Below are positions 1 through 12,480 of a stretch of 64,000 nt of DNA, piece by piece. The stretch covers positions 15,912,940 to 15,976,939 of the forward strand of contig OZ316892.1 in assembly GCA_973895155.1 (NCBI GenBank), in the 5' to 3' direction. Position 1 is the first letter of the stretch. Each line of letters begins with the position of its first letter. This DNA is from Marsupella aquatica (lineage: Eukaryota; Plantae; Marchantiophyta). Position numbers and translations under genes: made by a program. The notes below the pieces were generated by a model, which saw nothing but the letters and a program-made list of their open reading frames with translations, searched no databases and was not told the DNA's origin.

Positions 1-285
1 TTTGAGCTTCTCCTCAATCTCCCCTACAGCCTCATGTATCACTGATTTCTCTGGGCACATACTCTTCTCCATGTCTCCAAAACACGATGCAAGCAATGAG
101 AGTTGCTTACCATTCTCCTGAGTTTGAGATCGAAGATCACTAATCAACCTCTTTTGCTTGACATTCTCATTCTTTAGCTCCGTCACCTCCTTGTTGAGTG
201 TGGTAATCTCAATTGCGAAGTTTTCAGCCACAACTAAGATTTTCTCAAGCAAAGCCTTGAGATGGGCAATCTCCTCCGTTGCCAT
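1..285 (-). mobile_element. 5' part of LINE ORF1 (coiled-coil), same family as the LINE at 57563-61617
   Basis: Bases 1-209 are nearly identical to 61410-61617 in the same orientation; minus-strand ATG at 283-285 (MATEEIAHLKALLEK...). Confidence 0.85.
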
Positions 286-350
286 CACAAAGCTGAAACT
301 GTTGTTAGAATGTACTCTTAGACGACAAATAGAAATTGGGAGCAGTAGAG

Positions 351-1123
351 GATGTCAGTTGCAGCTCTACCTTTGCCAGTGATACACTCTCGCTGTTTGC
401 AACACTCTACCCAAATCTGAGCTCAAACCGCAGCCGATTGCCCTTCCAACTCGAAGTGAAATTTTGCCCCAAACTCAGAATCCCGAAACTGGAGACGTAG
501 CAGATCGCACATGCTAAAGTGCATACCAAACGATGTCGGTTGCAGCTCTAACTTTGCCAGTGATACATTCTCGCTGTTTCCAATGCTCTGGCAAAGTCTG
601 AGCTTAAACCGCAGCCAATTTCCCTTCCAACTCGAAGTGAAATTTCGCCCCAAGCTCATAATTGTGAAACTGGATACGTAACAGATCGTGCATGCTAAAG
701 TGCATATCAAGCGATGTCGGTTGCAGCTCTAACTTTGCCAGTGATACATTCTTGCTGTTTCCAATGCTCTGGCAAAATCTGAGCTCAAACCACAGCCGAT
801 TGCCCTTCTAACTCGAAGTGAAATTTCGTCCCGAGCTCAGAATCGCGAAACTGGAGACGTAGCAGATCGTGCATGCTAAAGTGCATACCAAACGATGTCG
901 GTTGCAGCTCTAACTTTGCCAGTGATACATTCTTGCTGTTTCCAATGCTCTGGCAAAATCTGAGCTCAAACCGCAGCCGATTGCCCTTCTAACTCGAAGT
1001 GAAATTTCGCCCCGAGCTCAGAATCGCGAAACTGGAGACGTAGCAGATCGCGCATGCTAAAGTGGATACCAAACGATGTCGGTTGCAGCTCTAACTTTGC
1101 CAGTGATACATTCTTGCTGTTTG
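351..1123. repeat. 181-bp tandem satellite array (~4.3 units)
   Basis: GATGTC(A/G)GTTGCAGCTCTA recurs at 351, 532, 713, 894 and 1075, a period of 181. Confidence 0.97.
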
Positions 1124-2299
1124 CTCTAATGTGAATCCCTTGGCTACCAACCGAGCCTTCACTAGTACAAAAATGACCCCTAAACCAAAAATGACCCCCA
1201 AAATGTTGCATTTTTTACCGGTGGTCCGATTTTAGTCCAATCGCACTTTCCAATGCTCAAACAGTCAGGTAAGCGTGATCGGACCAAGATCAAAAAAGTC
1301 CAATTCTTTTGGTATTGGAAATCAGGTTTCAATTCAAAAACGATGGCAAAACCATGTCCAATTTTATTAGTATGGCATCATGTGGTCCGAGCACTTCGGA
1401 ATTGATATGCAATGTGCAATGTCGTAAATTGCAAAAGCTAGAATCCGATGACCACGGAAAGTGTGGAGCCGATACTTTTTCTCAATCTAGTGGTGGGCTA
1501 ATAAGTGTGTGTGCAGATTTGAACTCTATTGGTTGGCTAGGTTGTGTGTGCAGTCACCCATCCCAAGTGCTATTCCTCCAACATGGAGCTTAACTATGTG
1601 GTTCTTTACTAGTGCATTGTACATGGAAGCTTGACAATTTTGGTGTTTGATAGACTCTTTGGGACTTTTATACACTTCTAAATTTGTTAAGAGGGCCACA
1701 CTTTGGACCTCGTTTCCAATCCTAACTAACATGGATCACTAAGTCCGTTTAACTCACAATTGGACCCCGATCCCATTCTAGTTGCATTGCAAATCACACA
1801 TCCAATTTAATAACGATTGGACATGCTTCTCCAATCCTTGAGCGCTTGAAAAACTTTATCTATTATTTACGTCACAAGCACAAGTTCTCGTTTCCAATTT
1901 AATCACTCATCAAAATTTCCAATTAAATCCGCATTGAAACATCCGATCTTCATAGAATTGCAACCAGCAATTCCAGCTCCATCGGAAAAATGGGCTTGAG
2001 CTTTTCTTTGGAAAGACGTTTATGATTCATTTAGAATTGAAACAAAATTGGACCATGTGGTCCAATGTTGACTGGCATGGGCAGTGGATCGATTGTGTCC
2101 ACAATTGGATACGGTGTCCGTTTGAAGTTTGAATGAAATGGTGTTTGTCCAATTCAAGTAGAATGGCAAAGTTTGATTTGTGTTACATTGGAAAGTGCAG
2201 TTGGTGATCCAATTGGAATAGAATGACAACTCTTGGCATAGTCGGGATGCAAGAATCAGACTAGGCTGTCGTGACATATAGAGTTGGTAGCATAAGATA

Positions 2300-3273
2300 T
2301 CGAGACATGTATCATATGCATCCAAGTAACCCAACAAAATAGAAAACCAGAAAGATGATACATGGTTGTCCATTAACACCAAGATGAAGAAATGTTGGGG
2401 CATGAAAGTGAACCCATGTATCCCCCCCAGACCTGAGCATGGAAATGGTCAACGGGCTGAGGATGAGCTTGGTGAAGGAGAACAAGAAGGACAAAACAAT
2501 AGCCCTTCCGGAACTTGTGGAAGCTCAGGTCGCAAACAAAAGAGATGGTAACCACCGTTGCAATGGTCACACAACAACATCTGGTCAACATCATCAATCT
2601 TGTGACACACCTTAGAGGGATAATCCACCAGAGGAATCCAAGTAGAAGTCACAATGGTAGGGTCCAAGTTAGGCAAATGACAAGGGGCACAATCTTAGCA
2701 TGATCTTTGAGGGTACGACCATCTGCTCCCTGTAACTCCAACACACCTGAAGGATAGATGCACTGAACCTTGAGAATAATGCGACTGGTTGAGGTATCCA
2801 ATGTGTCACTAGGCTGGCGCTAAAGGTAAACAAAATCACCCACATCAAACTGCCTCACCTTGGGCTTGAAGCTCCCTCCCCGTGTGTGCGCATATCTGAG
2901 TGTGTCACGATGTTGGGCAATGGCTAGGTTGTCCATAGCCATAGGCATGACTCTACGGAACAAGGCAGCCCTCTCTGATATGATAGTAGACCAGGTTTCT
3001 GTTGAGTCCAAGTCCTCCACCTGACGCATTTGAAAAGCAATAGAAGATGGAAGAGATGCCGACCAAAAAGTAGAAAATAAGGAGAGAAGTTGGACAAGGA
3101 GGCATGGTTGGACATGCGGTACTCCATGGCAATGTAAGGCAGTGCCAAGTCCCAATCTTTCTTGTTCTTGGTGAGGCATATTTTTCGCAATCCTTGTTTG
3201 CAGGTATGTACCATCCGCTCAGCTAGACCATCCGCTTGAGGATGATCCCTTGAAGTTCTACGATGATCAATGA
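2300..3273 (-). pseudogene. Ty3/gypsy integrase C-terminus plus PHD finger, PPT and start of the 3' LTR
   Basis: HPQADGLAERMVHTCK, KKDWDLALPYIAMEYR, FDVGDFVYL, PHD-like VCHKIDDVDQMLLCDHCNGGYHLFCL...FCPSC; G-tract at 2421-2430. Confidence 0.85.
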
Positions 3274-5125
3274 AGAAGACAAAGGCCAGTTATATCTTCG
3301 ACCTCGGGTGTTTTGGAACTTCCAGAGTGGATATGGCACAATTTGATGAGTTCTGGACTGACTCTCTCTACTTCCGACCTATTCTTGCTGTGATCCTACT
3401 TTAGGGTGATGTAGAGGTAGAGGACCCAGATTTAGTTTTAGCATATTTGGGGAATTTTGCAGCCTATGCCCTAGATTTTGTGGTTTCTTTTCTCACTGGG
3501 CAGAGCAAGAAACCTACTACTCTGCAACACGACTACATTCCTTGAGAGCCCAAGGTTACACTTGTTTCAACTAGCTCATTTGCTGAGAAACAACGGATCT
3601 GGAACAATGTCACCTCTCAGACTCTGGCCAGCTTCAACCGGTATTTCAGAGATGTCAAATGGAGGCTTCACCCTTTCTATTCCAGGATGCTGAACTCTGA
3701 TGAATTCCTATACCATTATCCCCAAGTATATGCTGCTACTTGTAATAACTATGATGTGATTGGGATGTATAGAGAAGCTCTTCGAATAGACATATGTTAT
3801 CTCAGGAAGAAAATGCCTCTGATGTATCCTGAAAGACAACTGAGATGCCTACCCTACTCCCGAGGATCCCCACGCCAGGCTGAGCTGATCGAAGTTACCC
3901 AGAATCGTACTGTTACCCTTGTGGAGTTACTCGAACCAGATGACATCCGACAGCAAGCTTGAAGAGTAGTCTTAAGTGATTTAGTTAGTTTTAAGAGTAG
4001 TACATCTTTTCTTATTTTTCTAAATGTGTTATAGAGCTTTAAAAGCTATGAGACTTCTTCAGTAGGTAGTCTGTACCTAGGAAAACCTGCTGGCAAAATT
4101 TTAGAGTTTTCCTAACCAGGAGTAGAAAGTTAAAAATAGTTGAATTTGCTAAGTTTTTAAGTGAACCACTTATACGCTTTTACGCTTTTATGCTTTTAAG
4201 GGTTTACGGGTTCATACTTAGCCACTTTTCCGGCTTTTCACTTACTGAATCACCATTTTAACTTTTTGAGAGGTATGAAGAGGCATGTCTTTTCAACCCT
4301 ATGACCTCTTATTCTGTAGATTTTTACTATAAGACCCTTCCACCACTAGTGTAGTTTATGGTTAAGTTATGCATTTTTGCCTCTTCTTTGTGTTAAACTA
4401 GTTGATCATGAATCTATGAGTTCAAGATCAGGTTTAACATTTGGAGAGACTTGCCTCCTTCTTGTGTTTCTACCTATGATTATAAACACAGGAAGTAAAA
4501 TTTCTTTAGTGCGAATCTTTTGAGTTGTAATGACAGATTCCTTGTTGGTGACTCATTGCAATCTCTTGAGTTCTTAGAGTTAACTCATTGAGTTTAAGTC
4601 TTATTGAAATTGATAAATTTTCTTTCATGTTACTTAGTACCATCTAAATGTTGAAGTAGTCACTCTTTTAGATCTTGTCTGAGTACCACTTAGAAAGAAA
4701 AGACAAGACGTGTTGATGGCACTTTAAAAGAGTACTCTAGTAAGCATATTAGATCTGAAAAGCAATATGAATTTGAATCCTCAAGTCTTTTCATTTTGAC
4801 TTATGTCTAAGGAGCAACCTTGGTCAATTCCAGACTCCCTTATCATACTTTAAGATATTTTTGGTGTATTTTGTTAATCATTCTCTTTTCATTAATTTAT
4901 GGTTATACAATGTTGAGTTATCATTGAAAACTACTCACCGCTGTGGAGCGATCTTCAAAATACCTTAGTAAAATAATCAATCCTGATTACTATATGTTAG
5001 AGAGAGTCTTTTAACTCTCATTTGCGTTTTTATGTATCAAATCATCCCCATCTTGTTCTTTACGGGAACGAATACCGAGTTTGAAGACCTATAAGTGTGT
5101 TTTTGGTTCTTCATGGCAAACTACA
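3274..5125 (+). mobile_element. 3' half of a TG...CA LTR-type insertion (ends ...CTACA), now inverted relative to its 5' half
   Basis: Ends in CA directly before the TSD GATGC (5126-5130); the partner end and TSD copy are at 8936/8937-8941 on the opposite strand. Confidence 0.65.
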
Positions 5126-6754
5126 GATGCCATTTAGACTAAAGAATGCACCCGTCTTCTTTCAATGGGTGATGGATCAAGTACTAGAAGGTGTTGATTT
5201 ACTCAAATGCTACATTGATGATGTGTTAGTTCATAGCAAGGGTTTTGAGCAACACTTATTACATCTTGAAGAGTTGTTCAGGAGGCTGAGAAATGTTAAT
5301 ATGAAGATCCATCCCAAGAAGTGTGAGTTTGCTGTTACCTCAGTGGTTTACCTTGGGCATCGAATCATTCCAAATGGCACTATGGCTCATTGGGCTAAAG
5401 TGGTCTCTATTCTTGAGATGCCCAAGCCTACTGATACTCACACTTTGCGAAGCTTCATTGGTCTATGTAATTACTACAGAATTTTCATCTAGGACTTTAG
5501 CATCATTGCTCACCCATTGTACATGTTGCTTAAGAAGGATGTTACCTGGAAATGGACTGAAGACACTCAGGTGGCATTTGAAACTTTGAAGGGAAAGTTA
5601 TCAACTTACCCTGTTCTCAGAAGGCCTGATTTCAGCAAAACATTCATTTTGCATATAGATTGGAGTGCTCTAGGTATTGGTGCCATTCTGGGTCAATCTG
5701 ATGGGGACGGGCGGGAGTATGTCATTGCTTATGCGTCTAGGAGCAATACCAAGGCTGAGAGCAACTACTCCTCTTATGAAAGCGAATGCTTGGCTGTTGT
5801 GTGGGCTGTCATACATTTCAGACCCTACCTGTATGGCACTAAGTTCATGCTCTTTACCGATCACCAGCCACTGAAGTGGTTGATGACCAATGATAAGCTT
5901 ACCGGCAAGCTAGCTCATTGGGCCCTCATTTTGCAAGAATATGAGTTTGAAGTTATTCATAGACCTGGAATTACTCACCAGAATGCTGACACCATGTCTC
6001 GCAGTCCTTTGATCACTTCAACAATTTTTTTAGATGCACGACAAGATTTTGATCATGCTAGTCCTAGCTCTACACTTGGGGCCTCTGCCTATCTTGCCTT
6101 GCTTTGTTGCAACGTTGTTGACCAACCAATTGTGGACATCTGGGAGGATTTGGACACTCTGAATTTCTTGCAGCATAGGCAGTACCCACCAGGCATGACC
6201 ACTACTCAAAGGGATCAGATACAACAATGGTCTAAGCGTTACATGTGGAAGGGAGATCACCTAGTCCGCTGTTTGCCACAAGGGGAGAGAGTGGTTCCAC
6301 CAATTGCTGATAGGGCTGGCTTGGTCAGAAAAGTACATTCTGAACTTGGGCATTTTGGAATCAAGCGTACTTATAGTTTGATGGTTCCTCACTACCATTG
6401 GAAGGGGATGCATACTCAGATTTGGGATATCATAGCTAGGTGTGAACAGACAGAGTAAGAACCTCATTCTCCTCTCGACAACCTATACTTCATCCACTCC
6501 CTATTCAGGGATTGTTTTACCGCTGGTCTTGTGATTTAGCTAGAGAATTACCTTTGACATCCAGGGGTAACCTCTATATAATGATCATGATTGAACACTT
6601 TTCTAAGTGGATTGAATTGGTTGCCTTGCCTGATAAGAGTTCACATAGCACTAGCCAAGCTTTTCTCCAGCAAGTGCTTAGCAGGTTTGGGGCTTGTGCA
6701 AAGTGCCTCACTGACCAGGGTTCTGAATTCAGAGGAGAATTTCAGGACCTACTT
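5126..6754 (+). pseudogene. Ty3/gypsy pol fragment: RT, RNase H, integrase zinc finger and core
   Basis: MPFRLKNAP, YIDDVLV, RNase H (DWS...IGAIL; YSSYESECLAVVWA; TDHQPL), HSELGHFG...C, LTDQGSEF; stops and frameshifts. Confidence 0.95.
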
Positions 6755-8936
6755 CCAACCGGTGGTCTGTTGGCCTGCATAATCTTACAGGTCTCCACAT
6801 ACCTGTGCACTTGGGACTCTAGGTGTCTCGGGTATCTACTCTCGATGGTGGCATTCCGGGGTGTTTGAGTAGATGAGGTGACAACTGCTACTAAGTTTGG
6901 ATTGGATCTTAAGGCAATATCAACATCTTCAAATCCCTGCCTTGGGGATGACTCAAGAGAATTATCATAAGATCTATAAGTTTCACCATCTAAGGGTGGA
7001 TCAGAGTCTTTAGGTAGATCTTCTCTGACGTAAGGGTGCTTATACTGTGACCGAGTGTAGGTGGGTCCTTCTGTGGGTACGTAGTTGGAATTTGGACTGT
7101 AAGGTCGTGAATCTGGGCTAAGAGTGGGACTAGCAGTTGGACATTGTTGGATCAAGTTGCTGACCACGAATGCTATCTGTCGAGGTTCACACTGAAGTAT
7201 TTCCAGCAAGTCATCCACAATGGCTACACAGCTGGTACTACCTGCTACCGGAACAAGTTCACTTGTTTCTAGGGAAGGGGGCTGTACAGGGGCAGGAGTA
7301 CAGATCACGAACTCCATTGGTGCTGGTTCTCTTGGGGGAGAGGTCATTCTGACAAGACTTAGCTGATCATGAAATGGTGATCTCAAACTAACAACCTCCA
7401 TTCTCAAATTACTAACAGCATCATATAGTCCATCATCACTGCAACTGAGGAGAGATGTCAACTTATCAATAAGCTGTTGATTCGACTTTGTCTTCAAAGG
7501 AGTGGACCTGGTGGTCACATGAGGAATAGCATCAGTTGGTGTAGCAACATTGTCTTGTTGATGAATGCTCCTTACTCCTTCAGCTTCTAGTGAATCTGCA
7601 CCTATGGTCCGACTGGGAGAATGCTCATCACTCATTGGATGGTAATCAACTTCCCTGCTATGCATAGGAGAATGTGTAGGGACTTCTAATGAAGTATCCT
7701 CCATGGGAACATCAGCATTCTCCTCAACGTTCTGATCATTCGAATCCAATGGGGTGACATGTACAATGTCTTCCATGGGAATTTCTTCTTCAATACCCAG
7801 GTCAATCAGGAGTAACCCTCTCTCCATTCTCTCTTCAAAATGTAAACAATCATGGGTATAGTAGAGCTGAGACAAATAACTCTGCAAGCAAGTGGGTCTT
7901 CCTGCCTCCAGACACTTCAATTGATCTTTCATAACATTAAAAATAAGGCCCAATTCACCTGGATAGCTCCACTGTGAGCAGCTACAATAGTATTTACCAG
8001 GGCTACAGGACAGAGGGTTGGCTTCTTTGGGTGAAGAATCGGCATTAAGAATTCTAAGAGAACTCTCAATTCAGGATAAGCACATTGTGTCAAATTCCAA
8101 CCATTCTTGGTATTTCAAATTCCTTAGAAGTAAGGCGTGGATAAATCTTTCTTCTTAGAAAACAATACCTCTCCCTCTGATGAGCAGCCAAAGGCATAAG
8201 CAATCTGCTCAACTGTCCACAAACTCGGACGAGCTCGAATGGTCTGTCGAAATTCAATGGGGATAAGCGACCCCTTCACAAAGTCTTGTAAATAAGTATC
8301 GAGTTCCACATTCTAGGGGATCTCCAGTAGACGCTTTAGTCCTAGCTGTTGTAAAGATGCCTGTAAATTAGCGCAGCTATCGGGCACCTGTGGAATTCGT
8401 GTTACTATATCCCCCGTGGAATTGCTAGAGCTTCAACGCGGTACTGCTTGTCAACACCCAAGTCTGCCATAGCTCAAATTCTACTCTGTGTGCTACGCGA
8501 AGATTTTTCTGGGTCAACTGAGGTGAGAGGTAAGGTGGAAGGATAGTTAGGAGTGAGCGCCCAGGTCCTGCATCGCCTCTCCTTCAAGGTGCGCTCCCCA
8601 TCCCGTTGCGAAGTCCCGTTGGAGTTAGCCGTAGCACGTCACGATCACAGGTCTCATCGCAAACACTCAAGTCATAAGGAGTGAACCCATATACCCGTAA
8701 AACTCTTAAACGTGTATACCCCTAAACTCGTAAACGTGTATACGCATAAACACATATACCCGTAAACCCATAAAGTTGTAAACCCGTCAACGCGTAATGT
8801 AGTTTACCCGTAACTTAGGCAGAGTTTAATTGGAGTGCAGTTTACTCTATAGTTATCAGCAAGTATAGTTTGAATACTTCGAAAATTTAAAAAAATTATG
8901 TTTTCTTCATGCCTTTGGAATTATTGACTACTTACA
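6755..8936 (-). mobile_element. 5' half of the TG...CA insertion, carrying a long accessory ORF of unknown function (403-aa ORF 6742-7953 plus upstream remnant to ~8470)
   Basis: Starts TGTAAG on the minus strand after the TSD; the ORF has no RT, integrase or gag motifs; degenerate short CCCGTAAA repeats at 8680-8810. Confidence 0.6.
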
Positions 8937-9015
8937 GCATCACCAGCCATTCCCACAATCGATTGCTCCCATAAAAAGCTGTCTTCTTACGGTCCTCAGC
9001 CCGAATAATGATCTC
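8937..9015 (-). pseudogene. Ty3/gypsy RT fragment (PEDRKKTAFYGSNRLWEWLVM)
   Basis: Nearly identical to 46907-46985; continues directly into the sequence at 5126. Confidence 0.85.
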
Positions 9016-11826
9016 CCTCGTCATTGGTTGCGAAGGTTGCCAGATATTGTTCCATCCAATCATCCACATCTTGACTACCATCTCCCCGGGCATCTCCCCT
9101 GAATCTAGTGTACTTGATTCGGAAGGAGGGAGGCATCTTGACTGGAATTACAAGGATATGAGTGATCTGAACTAGTACAGCAGCTACAGTCGGTGCAGGT
9201 CTGGTCCACTTCACCAAAGCGTCCCTCAGTGAAGCTCTCCCTTCCTCCTCGTGATCTGCAACAGTCTGTTCATCCATCTTCCCAAGCAAAGATATTGCTA
9301 TGGAAGAGCTTAGGGTGGGACCACAAGCGGAAGATGGATGAACAGACCCCACCTCTATCTTCCAAGAGGCTGGAGAGCTTTCTCCATTTCAAAACAACAA
9401 ACTACAACGACAAAACAACAAGACCTAACTCTCCACAAGGGCCCCCTCCTCATGAGAATGCCAAATTTACTAAAGTTCTTTACACAAGGTGACCAGGGAA
9501 AACTTGTAAGAAATCACCCTACTAAAAGCTCACTGGAACAAACCATGTTGTTGGGGTCACATCAGCTCCTTCTACCATCAATTGGTTTGCAAGATGAAAC
9601 TAGGGGTTGAGCCATTGGTCCCGACTGCAACCTGGGCAATCTCAAGTACCCAAGTTTCAGTAGCTTTTGGCCACATCAATACTTTTTGTCACCTCCCAGC
9701 TCTGAAGTTCAGATTGTGACTCCTGGGGGTGTTTACTACCTTTGGCCAACAGAACAGCCAAATCAGGACAGCAAAACACACATGGCAAGAAGGTTGCACT
9801 TCCAGATTTATTAAAGTACTCCAAACACAACCACCAGGGAAAATTTGTAATTGCTTTGCCAAAAGCCCACAGCTAGAGACACCAAAGCACCATAAGGAAT
9901 CTCCAATACGCTATCAAGATATACTGCCTGAACCAGGGAAAACTTGAAATCACAACACAATATTCTCTCCTCATTGAATCTCCAGAAAATCAACCAGATT
10001 GGGTACAAGGTAACATTTAGATACTCGATCTCTCTAAAGCTCAGTTTTCATGTAACATCATAAATTCTCCTGGTACAAATGGAACCTCTGTCCAGGGTCC
10101 TTATCCTCATTTCTCTACAACTATTCATTCTGGGATCAGATGCTTGTTGATCTTAGTTTCCACTCCATGTGGGTAAGTTTTCACTTAAGCAACAAGGCAT
10201 CTGTCCTCAACACAAGAACTATAATTCTTAAATACTCTTCAACCACTCCAATCCACTCCAATCCAAACTTCACCATGGGTTGAGTGCTTCCCTCTCTTAC
10301 TAGCTCTTAATCAAGCTTCTAATCTCCATTCAAACTCTGGTCCACTAATTCAAATCATATAATCAAATTTTGCACAGAAAAACTAGAAGTTGTAAACCTC
10401 CTTCCGGAATCTGATTTTTCTCTCACCAACCAGACCTTGGTTGGTGCTCATACTTTGTCAAAAGGTGCGCCTACTTCCTTTCTACCTCCACACCAAATTT
10501 GAGCCAATTTGGTTGAGCAAATGTTGCTCTAGAAAATATTTACCATTGTTGATTTTCTCTATCATTCGTTTTCCGCGAATTTCAACTTCAGCAACTTGCG
10601 ATTGGAACTCCTAACTCCATTTTGACCTTCCCTTTCAACCTACTACCTTCTATCTCATGTACTTCACAATCACAACTAATCACCGTCACCATCTTCCCAC
10701 CAATCAATTGATTACAACAACATTTGTTTGCTTGAAGATGTGGACTCAGATTTGCAGCAAAAGCTAGAAAGCTGTAGACCCCCTTCAGCATCTGATTTTT
10801 CTCTCACTAACCAGACCTCGGTTGATGCTCATATTTTTCCAAGAAGGTGCGCCTACTTCCCTTCTACCTTCACACCAAATTTCAGCCAATTAGGTCAAGC
10901 AAATGTGGCTCCAAAAAATATTTGGTGTCGCTGAGTTTTCTTACAATTCGTTTTCCGCAAATTTCAACTTCGACGACTTGTAATTTGACATTATTTCTCC
11001 AATTCGACTTGTCTTTCCAAGCCACAACTACTTCACTTTGTTGTCTACAATTGATGACCACCTAATTCACCGTATCTCATCAATCAATTGTTGATAGAGT
11101 CTTCACTCCTACCTAATTCCATGCCTCAATCAGGCTGATCACCGACTAGGGCCTAAAGCTTTGAGTTTTTAGGTGGAAAGTGTTGAAAAAGTAATCTTGG
11201 CCGTCTAAAGTCGGGAGTTGACGTCCTTGACGTCCTAAACGTCTTCCGGTCGGGACGTCCAAGTCCACAAAACCTTCAAAGTATCTCCCAAAACTATTTT
11301 TAACTCTTTAACCTGATCTCCAAAAGTGCTAAAAGTTTTTCATCTCATTCTACTACGTATAATCTCCACTCTGCCAGATTTTCATACTTTTTGGACTAAT
11401 CTAAGTCTACCAATAAATACTTAAAGATACCAATTTAGTATAAAGTTGCAAAAACAGAAAATTATTTTTAAGTGTCAAAAAACCAAAGTGTTAATATGCA
11501 AAACAAAAATGACCCTAACTTCCTAACGACATGTTCGTTTTGCCTGACATTTTTTTTGGGTAAATTTCTCTATGTAAAATCTATCTAATCATCAAAAATT
11601 TAGAATTTTCATGACCTACAAAGATTTGATTAAAATATTGCAAAATGCTATTTTACCTTAAAACTTTCACTATTAACTTCTCACTCAATCTTCTAGGTTC
11701 AAATTTGACCAAGGCCTAAAACCTTCAACTACACTGAAATTACACACAAAGAGGTAACTATAAATCTTAATAAGCTCAAAAATTAACTAACAACCTCGTG
11801 TGACACATTTAAGGGGGCGCACATCA
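9016..11826 (-). mobile_element. Second gypsy-like element: gag N-terminal remnant plus 5' UTR/LTR
   Basis: Gag-like KYTRFRGD...QDVDDWMEQY; TGATGTG terminus at 11826; internal ~200-bp direct repeat (10378-10600 vs 10759-10980). Confidence 0.5.
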
Positions 11827-12209
11827 GTAGTGGTGTTGTGTACTTTTCATGAGGGACATGGGAATCTTCAACTTTGCCTTGTGGAATGTTTGTGGTCTCT
11901 ATGACCCTGATAAGAACATGGTCCTTAAATGAGTTTCTTCTATTCGCCCTCCCCTTGATGCTCTTGCCCTACAGGAAATGAAAGCTAACTCCTTTCAAGT
12001 GGATAATGCTCTCCACACTATCATCCCCTCTTACCAACATTATTACTCTGCCCCAGCGGCGGGCAGTGGTGGTGCTGCCATTTTGGCTGGGGCATGGGAA
12101 TGAACCTTCCAAGTTCTACTTTGCAATGGTGAAATCCAAATGCTCACGTGAGAATATATAATTTCTTATCACCAAGGATGGTTCTGAGATCTAGGAGGAG
12201 AAATTGGTA

Positions 12210-12480
12210 ATACACACACTACTTTGGAAGAAGTGCAAATGGTTCAAGATGAATCTTGTGGGCCACAATTGTACGTGTGAAGATGATGCGTGCAAATTTA
12301 CTCGATTGAAGACAATTGCAAATAGTGTTATCAACTAAAATTGGAAGTATTCAGATCCCTTTGCATTCCCACATCACTTTGAGCAATGTTTTTACCTACC
12401 TTATCTGGATGACTCAAATTAATTCATTGTGATGGGCCATATATTCCTTGATCACAGTCCATAGTCTAGGAAAGACCCAA
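12210..12480 (+). pseudogene. CACTA transposase C-terminal (DUF4216-like) remnant
   Basis: Translates to ...KCKWFK...DPFAFP....EQCFYL, resembling the DUF4216 EPFILASQ..QVFY motif. Confidence 0.5.

Noticed and set aside
351-1123. CRISPR-like array
   Set aside because: Units are contiguous full-length repeats without unique spacers; eukaryotic context; no cas genes
423-1211. ORFs 423-710 and 966-1211, and similar ORFs at 63224-63815
   Set aside because: They are translations of the 181-bp satellite; the period is not a multiple of 3 and there is no domain signal
11830-12200. Short L1 endonuclease/linker remnant (EPSKFYFAMVK)
   Set aside because: Too short and degraded to bound confidently
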